A stretch of 57,013 nucleotides of DNA from positions 1 through 57,013 of the IMG/VR virus record IMGVR_UViG_3300043756_000110. One strand, written 5' to 3'. The position numbers were made by a program, and so were the translations under genes. This document shows, piece by piece, positions 36,957-46,994 of the stretch; within the stretch, counting starts at the first letter, position 1, and each line of letters starts with the position of its first letter. This DNA comes from a virus (lineage: Duplodnaviria > Caudoviricetes). Below the pieces are notes generated by a model. It did no database searches. It worked only from the letters and a program-made list of their open reading frames with translations, and was not told the origin of the DNA.

Positions 36957-37318
36957 CCGACATGGAGTTGGCGCTACTCAAAGTCCTCAAAGAGATAGCG
37001 GACGCCTTCAAGATCATGGCCGGCGCCATATCCTCGATTTCTGGCACGATGGCGATGACTTACCAGCAGACGTTTCCGATCAAGAACCCGCCACGGGATA
37101 TCGATATCTCGCATCCGCCCACGGATGAAGACAAACTGCGATACGAACAGGGTGCGACTGGCGAACCCACACTGAAAGATTGGATGGACCTCAATGGCAA
37201 TGAAGAAGAAATCGGTCCCTTCGAACGCAAATTCAACGAAAGCGAAAAACAACGAATCCGAGAAGCTCGAACGAGCGCTCATCCGGCTGAAGATCAATCC
37301 GAACCAGCTGGCTCGTGA
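36953..37318 (+). CDS. Hypothetical protein
   Basis: ATGA overlap; overlaps the next ORF by ~125 bp. Confidence 0.55.
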   Translation: MTDMELALLKVLKEIADAFKIMAGAISSISGTMAMTYQQTFPIKNPPRDIDISHPPTDEDKLRYEQGATGEPTLKDWMDLNGNEEEIGPFERKFNESEKQRIREARTSAHPAEDQSEPAGS

Positions 37319-37820
37319 ACCCCAAATCATGGAAATCATCGAGAACGCCGCGCTCGGAGGACCGGCCCAAGTTCTCCAAGCGATGCGGATTTCTGTGGAT
37401 CCCATCGTTCAGGAATTTCTCGAGCATTACAACGCGATGCCGCCAAGCTACCAGAAGATCGTCCCATGGGAAGCTGTAGCGCTTTCCGCCGGCATCGGTG
37501 TCCGGCAACTCCTCGGTGCGATTATTCTTGCGCTGCGTGAACACTCCAACGCCGGCGTCAAGATCGCCGCGCTTTCTGCGCATACCCAAATCACGAAGGT
37601 GACCGTAGCGAATGCACTTCAACCCGGCGAGGAAGGATTCCGGGATCGCCAGATGGTCCATCAAGCCCTGGGGTTTCTGGCCCCCCCCAAAGGTCAGACG
37701 ATTAATTTCAATTTGGATCTGCCGAAGCCCGAAGGCCCGCGCGAGATCGATCCGGAAGATATCGATATGAATGAGATGTTTCCGGATTTGATGGACACCC
37801 AGAAACTGATCCCCGAGTGA
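37194..37820 (+). CDS. terS: Probable terminase small subunit
   Basis: Helical ~200-aa gene directly upstream of TerL; QTINFN-type C-terminal strand. Confidence 0.5.
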   Translation: MAMKKKSVPSNANSTKAKNNESEKLERALIRLKINPNQLAREPQIMEIIENAALGGPAQVLQAMRISVDPIVQEFLEHYNAMPPSYQKIVPWEAVALSAGIGVRQLLGAIILALREHSNAGVKIAALSAHTQITKVTVANALQPGEEGFRDRQMVHQALGFLAPPKGQTINFNLDLPKPEGPREIDPEDIDMNEMFPDLMDTQKLIPE

Positions 37821-37821
37821 C

Positions 37822-39945
37822 ATGTACGCTCCGGCCTTAATCGACGAGAAGCTGCGTAAATTTGCCGCGGCGAGTGGCTGGGAGCCGCAGTATCACTCGA
37901 TTGCGCAGGTCGATGAATTCAACGATTACATTAAGAGGATTACGAAGGTCGAAGCCACGTCTCGGCGCCAGACCTTCGACATGACGAAGCGGCTGACCCA
38001 GGAGCGCATCGATTGGGTCACGCGCTTCATCCGGAATGAGCATGTCCTATGTAGCTCCGATCAGCAATACTGGGCGACCCGCTATGGCTGGATCTGCAAT
38101 GAAGCCGGCGAGATCCAGCGATTTTCTCCACGGAAGTCTCAGGAAGTCTTTCATTCGGTAGTCGCCCGCTTCGAGTCGCTTCTCGTCGCGATCGAGCTGC
38201 TGGTCCTAAAAGGGCGGCAGGTCGGAATCACAACGGAAGCGGCGCTTAAATTTCTCCATCGGATGTTGTTTATTCCGCACACGCAGGCGGTCATGGCCAG
38301 CGCGAAGGCGGAAAAGTCGGAATTAATCGGAAGGATCCTTAAAATATGTTTCGAGCACCAGCCGTGGTGGCTCGTTCCCGCACAGACGTCTGAACGGGTC
38401 GGCCGACTCATGGAGTTTGCTAACGGCTCGGTGCTCTCGATCCAGTCCGGCATGCAAGCCACCGGTATTGCGCAAGGGTGGACACCAACCTGTATTCATA
38501 TTTCGGAGCTCGCGGACATTCCCAATCCGAAAAAGACGATTGAAGAGGGCCTGTTGCCGGCCACCCACCCGACACGGAAACTCTTGCAGATCCATGAAGG
38601 TACCGGCGGCGGATCAACCGGATGGCTTGCCGATACGTGGCGCGCCTCGAAAGAGGATTTTCCTCGAGGTCTCGCCCGTTTCTGTCCAACCTTCATCAGC
38701 TGGCCCCTGGCAACCGACCTCTATCCGGAAGCCGATTGGCTGAAGAAGTTTCCGATACCGGACGGTTGGACGCCGCTGCCCGAAACCCGGAAACACGTTC
38801 GACGCTGCGAACTCTATATAAGGTCCACGGACTATCTGGCTGCGATCTGCGGACCGGATTGGGAGATGCCGCGCGAACAGCAATGGTTCTATGACTTTAA
38901 CTATCGTGCTCATGCCAAGAAGCACACGCTGAAGATTTGGCTCAGCCAGATGCCGGCCGACGATTATGAAGCCTTAACGGGGAAAAATGATCTGGTCTTC
39001 GATAATGAAGTGATCGAAGTGCGCGATGTCGAACGTGAGCGCGGATACGATATTTACGCGATCGCTGGTAATGCGATTGATGACGGCTTCGATGTTGATA
39101 CGCATCTCATCGATTACGAACGCGAACGGATCATCGTGGAATGGGATTCCTACCGCGGCAATCGCTACCACTGGACGCTGATCCCGTTGCTCCCTTTTGA
39201 TGAGCGTGATGAGCGTTATGCCTTTGACAAACTCCTTGTTTATGACCCCCCGAAAGACGGACGCGATTACTCTTGCGGCATTGATACGGCCGATGGTCTC
39301 GGCCATGAGGATGAAGACCGATGTTGCATATGTCTGACGCAGAACGCGACGGGCAATCACCCCGATATCCAGGTTGCCGAGTTTACCTCCAACCGCATCA
39401 ATCCGCCGCAGACCGTCGGCTTCGCCGCAGCTATTGCGGCGTGGTATGGCCCGTCCTGCCGGGATCCCCGTGGTGTCAAGTTTTGCATCGAACAGAGGGA
39501 GCGACCGGGAGACGACTGTCAGCTTCAATTGAAGTTGATGGGATTCAGTTACCAGCATTTGATGACCCGCTACGATTCAAAGAAGGTGGGGGAAAAATAT
39601 GGGGTCAAAGAAGGCTGGTACTCGAATGCGTGGTCGGTGCCCTTTCTGATGAACAGATTCGTCGATGCGGTGAATGGGGGTTGGTACAAACCGAATTCCA
39701 AGTATCTGATCGCGGAACTCAAAGATCTGGAACGGAAGATCTCCGCCGCTGGTAGGACGAAACTTGAACATCAGTCTGGCAAACACGACGATCGCATCCG
39801 TGCTGCTGCGCACAGTTATATCACTCGACATCATTTAGATGTGCTTCAGGAACGAAGTACGAAGACCTATAACCCGAAAAGCCGCTGGATGCCGGAAATC
39901 AACAGGGCTTATCCCCAACTGAATCAGATGGCCGTCGATGATTGA
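37822..39945 (+). CDS. terL: Terminase large subunit
   Basis: LKGRQVGITT (Walker A), HISEL (Walker B), EGTGGG, GIDTADG, KHDDRIRA. Confidence 0.92.
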   Translation: MYAPALIDEKLRKFAAASGWEPQYHSIAQVDEFNDYIKRITKVEATSRRQTFDMTKRLTQERIDWVTRFIRNEHVLCSSDQQYWATRYGWICNEAGEIQRFSPRKSQEVFHSVVARFESLLVAIELLVLKGRQVGITTEAALKFLHRMLFIPHTQAVMASAKAEKSELIGRILKICFEHQPWWLVPAQTSERVGRLMEFANGSVLSIQSGMQATGIAQGWTPTCIHISELADIPNPKKTIEEGLLPATHPTRKLLQIHEGTGGGSTGWLADTWRASKEDFPRGLARFCPTFISWPLATDLYPEADWLKKFPIPDGWTPLPETRKHVRRCELYIRSTDYLAAICGPDWEMPREQQWFYDFNYRAHAKKHTLKIWLSQMPADDYEALTGKNDLVFDNEVIEVRDVERERGYDIYAIAGNAIDDGFDVDTHLIDYERERIIVEWDSYRGNRYHWTLIPLLPFDERDERYAFDKLLVYDPPKDGRDYSCGIDTADGLGHEDEDRCCICLTQNATGNHPDIQVAEFTSNRINPPQTVGFAAAIAAWYGPSCRDPRGVKFCIEQRERPGDDCQLQLKLMGFSYQHLMTRYDSKKVGEKYGVKEGWYSNAWSVPFLMNRFVDAVNGGWYKPNSKYLIAELKDLERKISAAGRTKLEHQSGKHDDRIRAAAHSYITRHHLDVLQERSTKTYNPKSRWMPEINRAYPQLNQMAVDD

Positions 39946-40165
39946 CCGATTCAAAGTTAAAAAGATCGATGCAAGTCTCGCTCGTCAGATTGTGATGAGG
40001 ATGAATGACGAGGGTTATTCCGATGCGGAGATCGATCGATTCCTGCACATGTGGCACGAGACGAATCGGGCGACGAGCATCATGGCTTGGCTGTCGAGGC
40101 CGGCAGATGATATCGACCGCCGAATCGAAAAAGTGCTCCGATCCTTTCTGTTGGTTGACCACTGA
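39938..40165 (+). CDS. Small protein paralogous to 28929-29147
   Basis: Overlaps the TerL stop; internal paralogy. Confidence 0.6.
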   Translation: MIDRFKVKKIDASLARQIVMRMNDEGYSDAEIDRFLHMWHETNRATSIMAWLSRPADDIDRRIEKVLRSFLLVDH

Positions 40166-40215
40166 GTGCATAATGTTCGAAATCTGCCGTGATGCCGTGA
40201 TAGAAAGCGTTTCGG

Positions 40216-40644
40216 ATGTCGGTCTGGCTCGAGAAGTATCGCAAGCCGATCAAGACGTGCTTCTATTATTCCCCGCGTACTGGGCGTATCGAAGTAGGGT
40301 TTCCTGAAGAATTCGATATTCCCGAACCATTGAAGTCCGAAGGTTTTCAGAAACTCATCGCTAGGGATGCGCATACCTTAGGAATCATTTCTCAGAAAAT
40401 GCGCGATCAGGATCGCCGCGATATGGAGAAAGCGGAAGCGGAGCGCGAAGTGGTCGAAGGCCCGATGCGCCAACTGATGCGCTCGAATCTCCATTATCTT
40501 CATGCGTATGCCCGTAACGCCTTTCAGCGTGACGCCATTCAGCGTTTGCTCGACAAACTGGATCTGCTCGATCAGCGGCGCCGGGACGCTCTGTACAATC
40601 GCACGTCGTACATGCACTGCGAAGCGAAGGAGGACGGACATTGA
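40216..40644 (+). CDS. Hypothetical protein
   Basis: Between terL and portal; coupled to portal. Confidence 0.6.
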   Translation: MSVWLEKYRKPIKTCFYYSPRTGRIEVGFPEEFDIPEPLKSEGFQKLIARDAHTLGIISQKMRDQDRRDMEKAEAEREVVEGPMRQLMRSNLHYLHAYARNAFQRDAIQRLLDKLDLLDQRRRDALYNRTSYMHCEAKEDGH

Positions 40645-42731
40645 GCTCCGTCATTTTCTTCAGAGGCGATATCCCGGATAAACAATCGTGGCAGCCCCCA
40701 CCTTTTGAAGCGGATCCAGACAAACGTTTCGGCTACATCGAAGAACAAATTGAAGAGGGTGAAGGCTTTCTCAGCGGGCAACGCGTTTATAAAAACTTCG
40801 GCCGTTCCCTCACGCTTTTCAATGGTATCTTCGAAGACCGCACGAACTCTACCCTCTGTTCCAATTTCCTCAAATTCAATATTCGGAAATTTGTTGAAGT
40901 CCTGAGTGAGATCCGCGAAATCGGGACCTTCGCCTCGGATGCGAAACAATTCAAGTCGTATGCCGAAATGACGAACAAACTCTTGAAGGCGATCTACACC
41001 GAGTCGCAGTATCCACGTGCGCTACGGCAAGCCTTACAGTGGGCGAGCGTCGGAGGGATCGGCTATATCTGGCCCAAATGTAAGGCAACCGACTATGGCT
41101 GGGGTGAACGCCGAATCATCTTTGAGCCGCTTGGACTGTTTGACGTGCTTCCCGTCCAGATGCCGAAAACCAACGACGTGCAGGACGCCTACTTGATCAC
41201 GATCTACGAATATATGCCGATCGCGGAGGCGCATGGCCGCTTTCCGGCCTATCAGGACGAGCTTCAGCCGATTGATGCGGTGCATGTTCCGTCGCGGCTT
41301 ATGGCACGCCGACTCGATTGGAATTCGCGTTTTCGGTACGGGGAGATGAATCGGAACTGGGGCAACCTCTATTGCGAGATCCGGTATCAATTTATCCGGG
41401 ATCTGCGCATCAATGACACCGGTCACGAGATGCCAATGGGGGAACCAGGAACGAGTTGGTTCTATAAAGTTCCGTATGTAGGCCAAGACATTTTCGGCGG
41501 CATTCGCAATAGCGTTCCCTTTATGCGTCCCGCCAAGCGTGAAGACTGCCGCGTCTATCCACAATTGCGACTGATGATCTCCTCTCCATCGGTGAAATAC
41601 CCCATGTATGACGGTCCCGCCTTTGACTGGGATGGGCAGATGCCGCCGATCCAGTATACGGTCGATGACTGGCCGTGGGAATCGATTGGGGGATCGCTGA
41701 TCGATGCCGTTGGCTCGATTGAACGCACCAAACGGAAGCACGAACGGCAGATGGATCAGGTGATCTCGACGAAGTTGAATCCACCTCTCGGTTACGACCG
41801 CACTCAGTCCGGTGGTCCAAAAATCGAGCATTTCAACATTTTCGAACAGGATGTGCGCGCCGGCATGGACGGCAAACCAAAGGACGTGCTGCAGTCGGTG
41901 TTACCCGAAGAAGTGCGTGTCGAGGGGACCGATTTTCAATGGAACGAGCTGATGAAGAACATGGAAGAGCAGCAGCTCGGCATGAATGACCTCACCGCGC
42001 TTGTGAACATGAAGCTCAACATCTCGACCGACAGCTTCGATAAGGCGCTCGAGTCGGTCGGGCCGATTGCGAAAGGGATTGCTGCCACGATGGAAGCGGG
42101 CAATGCGAAGGTTGCCTATCGGATGAAGTTTCTCATCATGCAGTATCTGCCAACCGCTCGAGTCATCGAATACATCGGCCCTGATAACGTCACGCCCGAA
42201 CAGTTTGATTTCGATCCCGAGCATATTGTGCCGTCGCACATGGCCGATGAAATGCTCCCTGGAGGCCACCTCCCGTTTGACACTATCGAGGGTGTGTTCA
42301 TTCCTCGTCCGTCGATGTATGACCGGCTGGAACGCGCGAAAATCTTTGCCCGAGGCCTGCGGCTGATCTCGGTCCCATCGACGCTGCTCAAGATCACTCA
42401 ACTGCAGGAGCAAACGAAAATTCTCGCGCTATTTGGCCGCGGCTTCCCGATTCCGCCGGACTATGTTGCCGAGAAGTTAGGGATAGAGAAATGGGGCGAG
42501 ATCCCTGGCGACACGTTATTACAGAAGTGGGTCAATTGGAGAAAGATCGAGATTGGCTTGCTGGCGCAATCCAAAGCATTGGCCGCGCAGCTAGGACTTG
42601 GCGATACCGGACAGCCGGCGGGAAAGCAGCACGCCGGTGGCAGACCACCAAGCGATCAGAGCGCGCCGAAAGCCAAGATGAAGGATAAACAGTCGGGTGC
42701 CCCCCGGCCCGTCGTGAGTACTTCCGGATGA
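40641..42731 (+). CDS. Portal protein
   Basis: 696 aa after TerL; RBS GGAGGA with TTG start; GGIGYIW; C-terminal GGRPP. Confidence 0.75.
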   Translation: MSSVIFFRGDIPDKQSWQPPPFEADPDKRFGYIEEQIEEGEGFLSGQRVYKNFGRSLTLFNGIFEDRTNSTLCSNFLKFNIRKFVEVLSEIREIGTFASDAKQFKSYAEMTNKLLKAIYTESQYPRALRQALQWASVGGIGYIWPKCKATDYGWGERRIIFEPLGLFDVLPVQMPKTNDVQDAYLITIYEYMPIAEAHGRFPAYQDELQPIDAVHVPSRLMARRLDWNSRFRYGEMNRNWGNLYCEIRYQFIRDLRINDTGHEMPMGEPGTSWFYKVPYVGQDIFGGIRNSVPFMRPAKREDCRVYPQLRLMISSPSVKYPMYDGPAFDWDGQMPPIQYTVDDWPWESIGGSLIDAVGSIERTKRKHERQMDQVISTKLNPPLGYDRTQSGGPKIEHFNIFEQDVRAGMDGKPKDVLQSVLPEEVRVEGTDFQWNELMKNMEEQQLGMNDLTALVNMKLNISTDSFDKALESVGPIAKGIAATMEAGNAKVAYRMKFLIMQYLPTARVIEYIGPDNVTPEQFDFDPEHIVPSHMADEMLPGGHLPFDTIEGVFIPRPSMYDRLERAKIFARGLRLISVPSTLLKITQLQEQTKILALFGRGFPIPPDYVAEKLGIEKWGEIPGDTLLQKWVNWRKIEIGLLAQSKALAAQLGLGDTGQPAGKQHAGGRPPSDQSAPKAKMKDKQSGAPRPVVSTSG

Positions 42732-42985
42732 CGACAAATCATAATGGTGATGGACTTTTTCAGAAGAACACTTACTGGCTTCTTAATGAAGTCCTTGTTC
42801 AAGAACGGGTCACGATGGAGCGACTGCTGGAAGTGTTGCGGAAAATGAAGTGGACCGGGGATGTCTGTGCCCATATCGGCGAGGGTGGCGTCCGTCGTAT
42901 CGAACTCCACGAACGGTTATCCGTAAGCAAGAAAGACTCAAGTAAGATTCGGGAGATTCTCGACATCATCGAGAAAACTTGTTGA
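42728..42985 (+). CDS. Hypothetical protein
   Basis: ATGA overlap with portal. Confidence 0.55.
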   Translation: MTTNHNGDGLFQKNTYWLLNEVLVQERVTMERLLEVLRKMKWTGDVCAHIGEGGVRRIELHERLSVSKKDSSKIREILDIIEKTC

Positions 42986-43062
42986 CAGTATGCGTTCTCC
43001 GGCGTTAGTTCTCTTGTACAAAGAGATTCCGCCTAACCGTCTTTAGTCATACTGGACGATCC

Positions 43063-43102
43063 AAAGCGGCCTCAAGCAAAAGCTTGGGGCCGTTTCTTTT
43101 TT
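43063..43102 (+). terminator. Intrinsic terminator or attenuator before the capsid operon
   Basis: AAAGCGGCCTCAAGC-AAAA-GCTTGGGGCCGTTT followed by a T-run. Confidence 0.65.
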
Positions 43103-43139
43103 CCGCCCCAATCTTTCCAAATTTCAAAAGGAGGTTGCT

Positions 43140-43238
43140 ATGGCCAGACGAAGACACAGCAAGCGCGTCTCGATCGTTTCGTCCTCCCACCGAGGCGGGC
43201 GAAAGCGAGGTCGTAAACGTGGCCGTCGTAAACGCTAA
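43140..43238 (+). CDS. 32-aa protamine-like basic peptide
   Basis: RBS AAGGAGGT; MARRRHSKRVSIVSSSHRGGRKRGRKRGRRKR. Not in the ORF track. Confidence 0.7.
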   Translation: MARRRHSKRVSIVSSSHRGGRKRGRKRGRRKR

Positions 43239-43269
43239 TCGGGTAACGCACGTAGAAAGGTTGGGCACT

Positions 43270-43437
43270 GTGGCTGGACGCAGACGCAGCAAAATTGTGA
43301 CCTCATTCGTGAGACACGGACACGACCGTCGGCATCCGGGTTTTGCGATCAATACATTCCCGGCGCGCGGGGCCAAGATGGCGCACGTTCGTAGCGCGCG
43401 GGGTTCCAAACGCGTCCGCCGCTCGAAGAGGTACTAA
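43270..43437 (+). CDS. 55-aa basic peptide
   Basis: RBS GAAAGG; MAGRRRSK...RGSKRVRRSKRY. Confidence 0.55.
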   Translation: MAGRRRSKIVTSFVRHGHDRRHPGFAINTFPARGAKMAHVRSARGSKRVRRSKRY

Positions 43438-43440
43438 CGG

Positions 43441-43746
43441 ATGAGCCGGCCGATGCCTACCGGTGATGATCAGGCCCCTCCTCCACCAGGGTCCCCTCCA
43501 CCGGGTGAACCTCCGGCCGGCGCGCCGCCAGCAGCTCCCGGACCTCAGGGTGGGTCTTTGCAATCCCCGCTCAGTCCGGTGCAGACGCAACTCACCATCA
43601 TCATGAAGGCCTGCCAAAACCTTCAGCAAGATCCCGTAATCGCCTCACAGATGGCTGAAGCGTGTCGCGCGGTACAAAACGCGATGACCGCGACGGTCAT
43701 GAACCGTCAACAGACCACTCCACCCGAACAAAATCCTCCGTTATGA
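43441..43746 (+). CDS. Pro/Gln-rich head-associated protein
   Basis: Directly before the scaffold gene; ATGA overlap. Confidence 0.55.
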   Translation: MSRPMPTGDDQAPPPPGSPPPGEPPAGAPPAAPGPQGGSLQSPLSPVQTQLTIIMKACQNLQQDPVIASQMAEACRAVQNAMTATVMNRQQTTPPEQNPPL

Positions 43747-44612
43747 CAGTAGAAGAAATGCTCCGACAGGCCGGCTTGAACGATGAGGAAATCAAAGCGC
43801 TCGATCAACGCGCGATGACAGGCTTCAATGCGGCACTGACAAAGTCGGCAGAAGATCTTGCCACGGCGCAGGAAGCCGAACGCCGCTATCAGCATCTCTA
43901 CCAGAACGAGATGGTTCCGGCGCTGAACAAATGGGGTACGGATGCGGCTCAGAAAGATGCGGAAATTGCATTCTACCGGACACAGCTCGAGGGTGCACGG
44001 ACAGCCGGCTTCATTCCGAAAGAGGCTCCCGGTTATACGCCTCCGGCTCCTCAACCCCACGAACAGCCCACGCGTGGTCCCGATGGACGCTATTTGCCGG
44101 GAGGCAATCCGGTTCCCGGTTCTCCCGGACCCGGTGCTGGAGGTGGTGGTGGCAACTCGAATTTCAACCCAGACCAACTGCTGGAAGGTGTATCGAACGC
44201 GCAATGGTACAGCAATGAATACATGCGTCTTCACGGATCTCCGCCGCCAGATGATTTCTGGCCGCTGATGCAGGAAGCCAGAGCCAAGTTGCAGGATTTC
44301 CGTCCGTATGTCGAGGCCAAATACAAGTTTCCCGAAAAGCGAAAAGAAATGGCGGAAACGAAGGCCCGCGAGCACGACGAGTCCATCCGTAAAGACGAGC
44401 GCTTGAAAATCGAAAAAGAGATTGCCGAACGCGGCGGTTCGAACCCGATGCTGCGTGCGGCCACTTCCTCCAACTTCGCCACTGTGCGGAAAGCGATGGA
44501 ATCCGGCAGAGCGAAAGACCCGCTGACGCTGAATGCGGAACAGCGCCGGGTGCAAACCCGCGACATGATCTCCACCGATCGCGCGGCACACGATTCACAA
44601 GGCACTGCATAA
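43743..44612 (+). CDS. Probable capsid scaffolding protein
   Basis: Charged helical protein directly upstream of the MCP; start MTVEEML. Confidence 0.65.
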   Translation: MTVEEMLRQAGLNDEEIKALDQRAMTGFNAALTKSAEDLATAQEAERRYQHLYQNEMVPALNKWGTDAAQKDAEIAFYRTQLEGARTAGFIPKEAPGYTPPAPQPHEQPTRGPDGRYLPGGNPVPGSPGPGAGGGGGNSNFNPDQLLEGVSNAQWYSNEYMRLHGSPPPDDFWPLMQEARAKLQDFRPYVEAKYKFPEKRKEMAETKAREHDESIRKDERLKIEKEIAERGGSNPMLRAATSSNFATVRKAMESGRAKDPLTLNAEQRRVQTRDMISTDRAAHDSQGTA

Positions 44613-44625
44613 GGAAGGTTGAGGT

Positions 44626-45840
44626 ATGCCAGTTACGCTTCCGGATCCCCTTTATTCCGAAATAGACGCTTCAACGTTAGAAGATGTGAGGCGTAACGTC
44701 GTCTACAACAATCTTTTTGTAGGGACACCGTTCCAAGCCAAGCTCCGTAGGGCGGGGGTCTTTGACCCCTTCCTCGGCGGATCCGCCATGATGGAACCCT
44801 ACATCTTCGGCCGGCCTCAAGGTGCGGCTGTGGCTCCAGGATCCACGGTGACGGTTACCCGCCAACAAATCCTCACGGCTTTAAACTTTAAACCTAAAGC
44901 CTACGTCTCGTGGATGCCGTTGGATGACTGGGAAATCGATGACGGATCCGGCACCGGAGGCGTCATCAATTCCGGTCCCGCGCGCATCGTAGACCTGTAT
45001 CAGATCCTCATGGAAGTCATGACGGAAATGATCAACACGATGCTCGAGATGGACTCCTTCCGTCACGGGCAGCCGGCGGGTCCCGGCGTTCCGGACAACC
45101 GTATTCTGAACTCGAACGGCTTGGCCGAAGCGCTGAACAACGGCATCGATCCGAGTTGGGACGGCGGCATCTATAGCACATACGGCGGCAACGTGCGCAA
45201 CGGCGTCATCGGTCGCGCGTTGAACAGTGTGCCGCAATGGCTTGGCGGACCGACGGGCGGCGTCGGCCAGATCAGCTTCAATGCGCTGATGCGACTGTGG
45301 GGCGCCTGCATCATCACCGGCGGTAAACCAAACCTTGGCATTACGAATGTGATGGGTTTTGTAGCGATTGCGAATGCCCTCGATGCCCAGCGCCGCGACA
45401 TCTCCAACACCAAACATGACATCAACTGGGAAGGCTTGAATTTTAATGGCGTGGATATTTACGCGGACCCGCTGGCGCCTTCGTCAGAATCCTCCCAGTT
45501 TCTTTCTCTTGGTGGCGGTGGTGGTCGTGCTGGCAATAACAATCTTGTGGATGGTGCTGGGGCGAATACGGTGACCGGTTCCTTCCTGTCCCCATCGAAT
45601 CCGTCACCAGCTTCGATGCTGCCGGCCAATCAGAGTTGTACGGTCGGTGAGGTGCTCTTCTTCCTGACTGCGGAAACCTTCAAGGTTCGGCCAACCAACA
45701 AGGCGGGATGGAACTTTGGAGTTCGCCGAGCGCCGATGCCGAACAATGTATCGATGGATGCCATGTTCCTGCGGTTGGGAACGAACCTTTACAACTGTCA
45801 GCCGCGGCAGAATGCCCAAGCTTATGGGTTCACGAGCTAA
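44626..45840 (+). CDS. Major capsid protein (HK97-like fold)
   Basis: 404 aa; RBS AAGG..GAGGT; GLAEALN, FNGVDIYAD, C-terminal PRQNA; synteny. Confidence 0.8.
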   Translation: MPVTLPDPLYSEIDASTLEDVRRNVVYNNLFVGTPFQAKLRRAGVFDPFLGGSAMMEPYIFGRPQGAAVAPGSTVTVTRQQILTALNFKPKAYVSWMPLDDWEIDDGSGTGGVINSGPARIVDLYQILMEVMTEMINTMLEMDSFRHGQPAGPGVPDNRILNSNGLAEALNNGIDPSWDGGIYSTYGGNVRNGVIGRALNSVPQWLGGPTGGVGQISFNALMRLWGACIITGGKPNLGITNVMGFVAIANALDAQRRDISNTKHDINWEGLNFNGVDIYADPLAPSSESSQFLSLGGGGGRAGNNNLVDGAGANTVTGSFLSPSNPSPASMLPANQSCTVGEVLFFLTAETFKVRPTNKAGWNFGVRRAPMPNNVSMDAMFLRLGTNLYNCQPRQNAQAYGFTS

Positions 45841-45849
45841 GGAGGAGCG

Positions 45850-46422
45850 ATGCCTTTACAGCAAATCATCCCGACTTGGTTCGCGATTAACGGTTGCAAT
45901 GACATCTCGCCTTCCGGTCTGAATGACAACCGCACGAAAGCGCCGGTTTTTGCGGGCGGGTTGAATCAGGGTGACTATTTTGATTTGACCGAACAGGAAG
46001 CGGCCGAGCATTCCTACACACAAACAGGACTTCTTCATGCTGGTCGATATCGTCGAGTGAAGATCGATGAAAACGCCACACCAGCACAGATTACTCGTGG
46101 CCGTCTGGCATTCATGCCGACACTTCTCGCTCCCAACCTGAACGTCGTCACCAGTTACGATCACGGCATCCATCAGGGTCGCATCGTGGTCATGTTGAAT
46201 GTCATCGACCCTGGAAACTACGGCTTCGTTCAGGAACTGGGCGTCGCGAGCGTCTACACCAGCGGCACGATCGCCATTGCGGGAAGAGTCGGTGTGGGCA
46301 CGAATGGAGCTGGACAAGCGGGAGGCGAGTCTGCGGGCGGCACCATCGGATACGCCCTGCAGGCGCATAGTGGTGCGGGGATCGGTCTGGTGATTCTGGA
46401 ACTGCCCACACTTCAGGGATAG
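45850..46422 (+). CDS. Capsid accessory/decoration protein, paralog 1
   Basis: GGLNQGDYFDLTE..LHAGRYRRV..PGNYGFVQELGVA..LQG. Confidence 0.55.
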   Translation: MPLQQIIPTWFAINGCNDISPSGLNDNRTKAPVFAGGLNQGDYFDLTEQEAAEHSYTQTGLLHAGRYRRVKIDENATPAQITRGRLAFMPTLLAPNLNVVTSYDHGIHQGRIVVMLNVIDPGNYGFVQELGVASVYTSGTIAIAGRVGVGTNGAGQAGGESAGGTIGYALQAHSGAGIGLVILELPTLQG

Positions 46423-46425
46423 CCG

Positions 46426-46992
46426 ATGCCGCTTCAGCCGATCATCCCAACTTGGCTGGCTCTCAATGCCTGCGACGACACCTCGCCGAGTGGGCTGACG
46501 AGTTTGCCGACCGGAGACCCCATTTTTGCTGGCGGCTTGAATGTCGGCGATTACTTCGATCTAACGGAGAAAGAAGCCCAGAGCTTATCGTTCACCGACA
46601 CCGGCATCTTGCATTCGGGACGCTACCGCCGCATCCAGGTTGATCCGAACGCGAACGCGGGGCTTGTCAGAGTAGGAACCCTCGGCTACATGGTGACGGC
46701 GCTAGTGCCTGATGTGAACATCGTGACCAGTATGGGCATGACCAACGTTGGTGGCCGATTTGCCATCTTCCTCAATTCCATTACCCCGGGAAATTATGGC
46801 TTCATTCAGGAGCTAGGCGTGGCAACGGCAGCCATCGGTGGTGGTACGGCAACGGCTGGGTCTCCGCTTTATTTGAATGGCCCCTATCTGGGAACAACGG
46901 CAACTGGCGCTCCATTGGCCTTTGCGCTTCAGGCGATCACTGGCGCGGGACAGTTTTTGGTCATGCTGAATTTCCCGGTGGTTCAGGGGTAG
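46426..46992 (+). CDS. Capsid accessory/decoration protein, paralog 2
   Basis: Same motifs as paralog 1; ends LNFPVVQG. Confidence 0.55.
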   Translation: MPLQPIIPTWLALNACDDTSPSGLTSLPTGDPIFAGGLNVGDYFDLTEKEAQSLSFTDTGILHSGRYRRIQVDPNANAGLVRVGTLGYMVTALVPDVNIVTSMGMTNVGGRFAIFLNSITPGNYGFIQELGVATAAIGGGTATAGSPLYLNGPYLGTTATGAPLAFALQAITGAGQFLVMLNFPVVQG

Positions 46993-46994
46993 GG

